Below, piece after piece: positions 23,768 through 29,793 of a stretch of DNA of 29,793 nucleotides. Under the pieces are notes generated by a model that was not told the origin of the DNA, did no database searches, and saw only the letters and a list, made by a program, of their open reading frames with translations. A program made the position numbers and the translations under genes. Origin of the DNA: a virus (lineage: Duplodnaviria; Caudoviricetes); IMG/VR virus record IMGVR_UViG_3300020043_002555, positions 1-29,793 of that record; one strand, given 5' to 3'. Each line of letters starts with the position of its first letter. The first letter of the stretch is position 1.

Positions 23768-24332
23768 TCCAATCACTGCTTTAATGAATGAGTTTGGGCA
23801 GGAGGTTGTAGAACGTGCAATGCTTAATCTTGGCGTTTATCGTACGGTGAATGGAAAGAAAAGAAGGGCGGTGGCGAGTGATAATTTACGCAAGTCATTA
23901 ACTTACCGATATGACAATAAGTACAAGCGCATTGACTTCTTTGCAAAAGGTACTGCTTCCGAATATGCGGTATTCGTTGAAGAAGGGGTGAATGGTTATC
24001 AAGGCAATAACAACTCCCGATTTTCATTCAAGAAAAAGTCAGTTGATGTGGATGCAATTCGCAACTGGATGAAGATTAAACGTATCCAACCACGTGAGCC
24101 AAATGGAGCGTTCAAGAAATTCGCAACACCAAAAGCGAAAGAAGATGCAACCGATTGGATGGCAAGTAAGATAGCAAGGTCAATAGCACGTAGAGGTATC
24201 AAACCCCTATTCTATTTTCGAGACGCAGTGAATGAGACTGTAATCGATTTTAACGATAGATTTATAGCAGCATTAAAGGGTGAGATTACAATAGCAATAG
24301 AAGAAAATTTACAAGGTAAAATAAAAGTATAA
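23757..24332 (+). CDS. Neck/tail completion protein (HK97 gp10-like, putative)
   Basis: Basic protein with ASDNLRKSL, YAVFVEEGV and IARSIARRGIKP motifs. Confidence 0.6.
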   Translation: MATNPITALMNEFGQEVVERAMLNLGVYRTVNGKKRRAVASDNLRKSLTYRYDNKYKRIDFFAKGTASEYAVFVEEGVNGYQGNNNSRFSFKKKSVDVDAIRNWMKIKRIQPREPNGAFKKFATPKAKEDATDWMASKIARSIARRGIKPLFYFRDAVNETVIDFNDRFIAALKGEITIAIEENLQGKIKV

Positions 24333-26152
24333 TGGCATATACAACAGCAATAAGAGGATTAAGCGCACAGGGTAATGATGAATTTACAGGAATGTGTTAT
24401 TCAAATAACGATGTTTCATTTACTATGACTTCAAGTGAATTCGCGAATAGTGGATTTAAATACATAGTCAATGTCATTGATAATATTACATTTAAAGAAT
24501 ACAAATTTTATATAGCACCAAACGCATCAGGTAGTGGTGTGTTCAATGCTAAAACTATTTTCAATGAATTAGTACCTACATCATTGGTAATTCCTGATAG
24601 CGATGATATTTTAATTCAAATTACTGAGCCATTAGTTAGCAATGAAATGATGGTTAATAGATTTAATGTACAACTCTACGAAGGCTATGATGTAGCAGGT
24701 GTATTCACTGAAGATAATTCAGTGCAAATTACTTACGAGTTAATGTGCGTGTATGGAAAGGGCAAAAGTAATTTTTTAGTAATGGGTAGCAATGATACGC
24801 CACCTCTTGCACTAAGTGAATGTTTCGATAATACCATAGGATTTAATGCAGAGACCATTGCATCACGTATCAATATTCCAAATGATTTACAACAAGAGGT
24901 TATCAATTGGCAACGTATTTCAAGGTCAAACGTGACAGGCGCAGAATATAGCGCATTCAAAATATTATCATTTATTGCAGATAATGGAACTTATTTAAAT
25001 ATTAATTATCCTTTGATTGGTTATACAGTTGGATTTCAATATACGTTTTACGATAATGAATACAATATAATTCTGCAATTTATTAAGCCGATGGTAAATT
25101 CATCAGGCGCATTATATCATCTTCCTGTTGGATTATACAACTTAAAAGATTCTATTGATGATGAATTGATGGATAGTATACAATTTTGGACAGTGTATGG
25201 TTATGATGCTCAAGGTTTTCAAATAACTGCGAAATATGGGTTCTATATAGACGAAGATTGCAAACACAATCCAGTCCACGTATATTGGTTAAATCAAAAA
25301 GGCGGTTGGGATAGTTACTCTTTCATTAAGAAAAACGAGCGCAGTATTGATGTTGAAAAGAAAAGGTACAAACAATATCTTGGCGACTACAATAATGCGA
25401 CAGTTGACAATCCATTTGATACCAAAAACTATTCAAGGTCATTAACTGAGCGTGAGCCTATCGTAAAAACGTATATAAACCTAAATAGTGATTGGGTAAC
25501 TGAGTCGGAATTCAAATTTATGAAAGATCTTTTCCAATCAAAATCAGTTTGGATGGTGGATGATAACGTGGATGGGTACAATATTCTCCCTGTTGTAGTT
25601 GAAGATACCAATTTTTTGATGAGAAGGGAACGAAATAGCCGCAAGTATAATCAATCATTGCGCCTTCAATTAGCTAACGAATATGATACTATAAATAGCA
25701 CACTATCTCAATATCCAATTCCAACTCCTGAGCCTTGCGATTATATTACAAGTTTTACAGCTTTAACAGGTTATGGGACGAATTTAGTTATTCAAGGTAT
25801 TGTAGGTAATAGTTGTTATATAGAAGCTGTTAATTGTCCAAGCGCCGCTTATTTATATGTTGGTGTAAGTCCAATTACACCAGGTCAAACATACTACGTA
25901 CAAATTGATTATGATACAAATATTCCTTATACTGAATTAAAACCAGGTGCTATAGATTTGGGCAATGTTGCAACAGGGGGAGGTACGAGAACATATTTTT
26001 CAATGCAAACAGCAGGAACTCCAATTATTGCTTCAGGTGTATGGGGTACAGGAACACCGGAATTGTTTAGATTTCAAATTCCGAAATGGTATGGCACTGG
26101 AAAATATGAAGGGAATATTTATATAACTATTGGATTTGGTAACTGCCCATAA
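24332..26152 (+). CDS. Minor tail protein (distal tail/hub-like) with an extra C-terminal beta domain
   Basis: WLNQKGGWDSYSF and LNSDWV.E...KDLFQS motifs, then a PIPTPEP linker and about 140-aa domain. Confidence 0.65.
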   Translation: MAYTTAIRGLSAQGNDEFTGMCYSNNDVSFTMTSSEFANSGFKYIVNVIDNITFKEYKFYIAPNASGSGVFNAKTIFNELVPTSLVIPDSDDILIQITEPLVSNEMMVNRFNVQLYEGYDVAGVFTEDNSVQITYELMCVYGKGKSNFLVMGSNDTPPLALSECFDNTIGFNAETIASRINIPNDLQQEVINWQRISRSNVTGAEYSAFKILSFIADNGTYLNINYPLIGYTVGFQYTFYDNEYNIILQFIKPMVNSSGALYHLPVGLYNLKDSIDDELMDSIQFWTVYGYDAQGFQITAKYGFYIDEDCKHNPVHVYWLNQKGGWDSYSFIKKNERSIDVEKKRYKQYLGDYNNATVDNPFDTKNYSRSLTEREPIVKTYINLNSDWVTESEFKFMKDLFQSKSVWMVDDNVDGYNILPVVVEDTNFLMRRERNSRKYNQSLRLQLANEYDTINSTLSQYPIPTPEPCDYITSFTALTGYGTNLVIQGIVGNSCYIEAVNCPSAAYLYVGVSPITPGQTYYVQIDYDTNIPYTELKPGAIDLGNVATGGGTRTYFSMQTAGTPIIASGVWGTGTPELFRFQIPKWYGTGKYEGNIYITIGFGNCP

Positions 26153-26161
26153 TTTTAATAA

Positions 26162-29100
26162 ATGGAAACAGCTTTAATACTATACACACAAGGTAATAAT
26201 ACACCTTATTTGGTGGACTTATATGAAAATGAGAACATCTCATTGAACTATTCATTTAATGACATCAAAGACCTTGCGCCAAGAGGCAATTATTCAAGGA
26301 CTTTTCGCATTCCATTTACTGAAACCAATGCCAAGATTTTTGGATTTATCCAAGAAAATACATTTCAATTCAGTGGGTTCAATCCCAAGCGCAAAATCAA
26401 TGCATCCATTACGGTGGATACTATTCCAATTATTGAAGGTTATGTTCAATTTAAAGCAGCCTATACAACCAATGGTGAGGTAACTGATTTGGAGATAGTT
26501 TTCTTTGGGAATGTTGTAGATTTTTTCAAGACTATTGGAGATGCAGATTTTAAAAATTACATAGGTGCTGAATTGCAAACGGACTTTGATTTTGTTGTCT
26601 CTTACGATACTATAACCGATTTTAATACCACAGATGACGTCTATCTTGGGTTAACCGATAAAGGCCAAAATTGGGTAATGAATGTTAGTGATAGTGGAAC
26701 ACGAAACATAATGAGCGAGTCAGCTTCTATTGTTCCAAAAGTTGGTGAGTTAACTCCATTTGTAAGGTCAAGATACATATTTGATAAGATATTCGCATTA
26801 AGTGGATTCCAATTTAATGATGGAGATAGTACTACAATTGTAGAGCAGCTTGATAAAATGTGGATTCCTTGGATTGGAGAAAGTGATTTAATAGCACAAC
26901 AAGGAAACCCTGATACTGCACGATTTAAATTAACTAATAGTGGTTCAATCACACTTGATACAAATGATTTTACATTAACAAATTTTACAAGTGGTGGAAG
27001 CTTATTCGTTGCTAAATTACCAACTTTGAATATTGATATAGACCCAGGTTCCAATGTAAGTGCAGGAAATACATATACCGCACCATTTAGTGGTAGTTAT
27101 GTTGTTTCTGGAAATATGACTATTCAAGCTGATTTACCAATTTCGTCTATAAAGATGGGTTTTATATTAAGCGATGGTACGTCTAATTATTTTATGATTA
27201 ATTCAGCATATATAAATTTGGTATCAATAGACCCAAATACTGGAGATAATATTTATAATACAAACACCGATGTAACATTATCCACAGGAACATCATCATC
27301 TTTTGTTCAACAAGGTTGGACAATACAACCAATTATTTATATTTCAAATGATGATTACCAACACGCATTAAATTTAAATCCATTAGTCACATTTACAATT
27401 TCATCATTTGAGGTAGGTACATTGGACATATCAAAACCATTGTATGGGAATAAAATTGATTGGTCAGCAAACGCACCTGTAATGAAATGCAGTGAGTTTA
27501 TGTCATCATTATTCAAAATGTTTAATCTTGTTGTTATTCCCGATGATGTCAATCCCAAATTGCTCACGTTAAAACCAATCCAAGAATATCTTGCAGAGGG
27601 ATCAACAAAGGACTGGTCAAATAAGTTGGACATTAGCAAAGACATCACATTAACATCAACTGCTGATTATCAAGCGCAACAAAATACGTGGACATATAAG
27701 GCAATGAATGACTATTACAATCAGCTTTATAATTCACAAGGTGAGCGTGTATATGGTAGATTGTTATTGATTGATGCAGAAAATGATTTTGCTACAAAAG
27801 AGCAAAAAACTGAATTGATGTTTGGTGCTACTCCTTTGAATACAATTAAAGGTAGTGACTATCCAATACCTAAATTTCAATCCGCAAATGGACAATTCGC
27901 TGCACCTGGGCCTCGAATTCTTTACAAAACTGCTGACCAAATAACATTCAAAATCTTTAACGATACGCTGCAAGGCTATGTGTTAATCACATTGGATTTA
28001 TTTAGCCATTATACCACTGTTATTCCAACCATTGCCGATGAAGATTTGAACTTTGGGCAGGAGACTCCATTACACTACGTTGATACCACACCTTGGAAAA
28101 CACTTTACACACGTTATTGGAATAGTTATATATCTGACATTTACGCACCTGATGCACGTATTTTAGAAGGATTTTTCGCCCTTGAATTTGCAGACATTTA
28201 TCAATTCAAGTATAATGACCAAATCTTTATCAAAGATGCGTATTGGAGAATTCTTGAAATCAGTGATTATGTGGTAGGTATGCAAGATAGCGTGAAGGTA
28301 AAACTGATTAAAACGGTGAGCGCGACCCCCGATTGTTTGCTCCATCCTGCAAATGTGATTAATGTTAATGGCTCTGTTCCTTTTTTGGATAGTAATGGAG
28401 ATGCAGCCGCAGCGACCGAATCGTGCTGTAATTTATATGGTTACTATTGGGTAGGTAGTGAATGCTATGCAACTCCAAGAGATGCAAAAGGTAGAGGAGG
28501 AAGAACTAAAATGTTTTCCGATAATACCACTACTCTTTCAAATGTTGAAACAATACCAGTTAATAAAGCAGCATATATAGCTGATAATACAGTTGTGCAA
28601 GAAACTAATGAAAGAACTTTTGTCAATGGAAGTAATATTTTTGTTGGTGGTTCAAATGATGGTAGTATTGTTAGTGGTTCCAATAATGTAGTGGTTCCTA
28701 ATTTGGGAAGTGTATTTGTACTTGGAGATTCAGCAAAGACAATTAACAGAGGTGTGACAATTGGTAGCGGTGGCACGTATGCAGGTCAATACCAAAGTGG
28801 AATAATTCAGCTAATTGGTAGCGGTGATTTTACCAATGATACCACACCAATAACACTAACCAATTCAGGTGCTTATATCACAATGCCCGATGATTCTGTT
28901 TGGTATTGCAAACTGATGTTAACCGTTGGTCAAATTAGCGCAGGTATAGATGGCAATGGAGTGGTAGAATTCAACCTTCATTTGGCCACAAGTGCAGGTG
29001 TATTGTCTATCAAAGATGCGATTATCGTTAGCGAAAATCTTGAAACATTCTCAGGTAACTTTCAGTTTGATATTGACATTAGCGGACTAACTTTTGCACC

Positions 29101-29188
29101 ACGTTTACTCTTAAAAAATGACACGTATCCACAAGACAATATCTTTGTTGGCGGTCAATTAATTTACAATCAATACCATTATGAATAA
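26162..29188 (+). CDS. Large tail tip / baseplate hub protein
   Basis: 1008 aa with DLYENE.I.L...DI....R...YSRTF.IP, FKMFNL and I.IKD.YWRI motifs; beta-helix-like repeats near the C-terminus. Confidence 0.75.
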   Translation: METALILYTQGNNTPYLVDLYENENISLNYSFNDIKDLAPRGNYSRTFRIPFTETNAKIFGFIQENTFQFSGFNPKRKINASITVDTIPIIEGYVQFKAAYTTNGEVTDLEIVFFGNVVDFFKTIGDADFKNYIGAELQTDFDFVVSYDTITDFNTTDDVYLGLTDKGQNWVMNVSDSGTRNIMSESASIVPKVGELTPFVRSRYIFDKIFALSGFQFNDGDSTTIVEQLDKMWIPWIGESDLIAQQGNPDTARFKLTNSGSITLDTNDFTLTNFTSGGSLFVAKLPTLNIDIDPGSNVSAGNTYTAPFSGSYVVSGNMTIQADLPISSIKMGFILSDGTSNYFMINSAYINLVSIDPNTGDNIYNTNTDVTLSTGTSSSFVQQGWTIQPIIYISNDDYQHALNLNPLVTFTISSFEVGTLDISKPLYGNKIDWSANAPVMKCSEFMSSLFKMFNLVVIPDDVNPKLLTLKPIQEYLAEGSTKDWSNKLDISKDITLTSTADYQAQQNTWTYKAMNDYYNQLYNSQGERVYGRLLLIDAENDFATKEQKTELMFGATPLNTIKGSDYPIPKFQSANGQFAAPGPRILYKTADQITFKIFNDTLQGYVLITLDLFSHYTTVIPTIADEDLNFGQETPLHYVDTTPWKTLYTRYWNSYISDIYAPDARILEGFFALEFADIYQFKYNDQIFIKDAYWRILEISDYVVGMQDSVKVKLIKTVSATPDCLLHPANVINVNGSVPFLDSNGDAAAATESCCNLYGYYWVGSECYATPRDAKGRGGRTKMFSDNTTTLSNVETIPVNKAAYIADNTVVQETNERTFVNGSNIFVGGSNDGSIVSGSNNVVVPNLGSVFVLGDSAKTINRGVTIGSGGTYAGQYQSGIIQLIGSGDFTNDTTPITLTNSGAYITMPDDSVWYCKLMLTVGQISAGIDGNGVVEFNLHLATSAGVLSIKDAIIVSENLETFSGNFQFDIDISGLTFAPRLLLKNDTYPQDNIFVGGQLIYNQYHYE

Positions 29189-29363
29189 TCCACAGCAGAC
29201 CTTTAAGAACATTTGCGAGATGCAAAAGATGGGCATCAAGTCAGCGCATCCATCGAGCGAAAATAAGCTACCAAATTGGCTAACAAAAGGCATCAATTTG
29301 AGCGTTGTTGCTACTTTAATATGGGGGACATATCAATTATTAAAAATGATTTTCAATGGCTGA
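29181..29363 (+). CDS. Small C-terminal TM protein upstream of the tape measure gene
   Basis: 60 aa with 8-nt overlaps on both sides. Confidence 0.6.
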   Translation: MNNPQQTFKNICEMQKMGIKSAHPSSENKLPNWLTKGINLSVVATLIWGTYQLLKMIFNG

Positions 29364-29793
29364 CAATAAATACGTTTTAGAATTCCAAATAGATGATAGC
29401 GGTGTTGTTAAAAAGGTTGACAATATTAGCAAAAAGGTTGATGATATTGGTAGTAATGCAAAAAAGTCAGCAACCGCAGCGACTAAATCTTTCAAAGATA
29501 TGGCAGGTAATATTGCCAAGTCTTTGGGTGTTATTGGTTTGGTTGCTACTGCTATTGGTGCTGTAAAAGAAGTACTTGCAGGTAATCAAAAAATAGTTGA
29601 TTTTTTCAGCGTGGCAATGGGAACATTGTCTGATGTTGTAAAAGATGCATTCAACTTTATTACTGAAAACGTAGGAGCAGTAGTCAAATCATTTAAGGCT
29701 GTTTTTGATGATCCACTTGGAGCATTACAAAAATTAGGTGAGGCTATTCAAGAAAATCTAATTGAGCGTTTTGTTTCTTTTGGTGAAACATTG
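29356..29793 (+). CDS. Tail tape measure protein, 5' part (not in ORF track; continues to 1507)
   Basis: MADNKYVLEFQIDDSGVVKKVDNISKK... is open to the window end and in frame with 119..1507. Confidence 0.85.
   Translation, partial: MADNKYVLEFQIDDSGVVKKVDNISKKVDDIGSNAKKSATAATKSFKDMAGNIAKSLGVIGLVATAIGAVKEVLAGNQKIVDFFSVAMGTLSDVVKDAFNFITENVGAVVKSFKAVFDDPLGALQKLGEAIQENLIERFVSFGETL
29673..29793 (+). repeat. Terminal direct repeat, right copy
   Basis: Identical to 1-121. Confidence 0.97.

Noticed and set aside
76-28776. Numerous antisense or nested ORFs in the track (e.g. 922..1149, 2324..2641, 11498..11719, 26641..27054)
   Set aside because: They are shadow frames of well-supported genes with no recognisable motifs or initiation context.
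22051-29188. Diversity-generating retroelement or invertible tail-fiber cassette
   Set aside because: No reverse transcriptase or recombinase, and no TR/VR duplicate or flanking inverted repeats seen.
1-29793. Stop-codon reassignment, CRISPR array, tRNA, integrase/att site
   Set aside because: Genes are intact and densely packed in the standard code with all three stops in use; no repeat-spacer array, cloverleaf or recombinase motif was seen.

Overview
The window is an apparently complete circular genome of a small tailed phage (Caudoviricetes, siphovirus-like). Bases 1-121 equal 29673-29793, giving a 29,672-bp unit, and the tape-measure gene runs in frame across the join. A Bacteroidota host is indicated by TTG-N18/19-TAnnTTTG promoters and A-rich leaders with little Shine-Dalgarno signal. 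The + strand carries the head, tail-tube, portal and lysis genes (1.5-9.9 kb). A leftward block (9.9-16.4 kb) holds replication and early genes and, unusually, TerL. A rightward block from 16.6 kb holds VRR-NUC, an ECF-like sigma, HAD, MazG, TerS and the tail genes. I found no integrase, DNA polymerase, RT, tRNA or CRISPR array. The most striking feature is a dense non-coding locus at about 18400-18750. It contains a perfect 26-bp homopyrimidine mirror repeat (H-DNA geometry), an 18-bp AT palindrome, a DnaA-box match, and a promoter-proximal leader with alternative terminator/pseudoknot pairings. Also notable are an unannotated -1 frameshift extension of the tail chaperone and an A10 run at the boundary between the portal core and a fused MuF-like extension. 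All family assignments come from motif recognition, not database searches.
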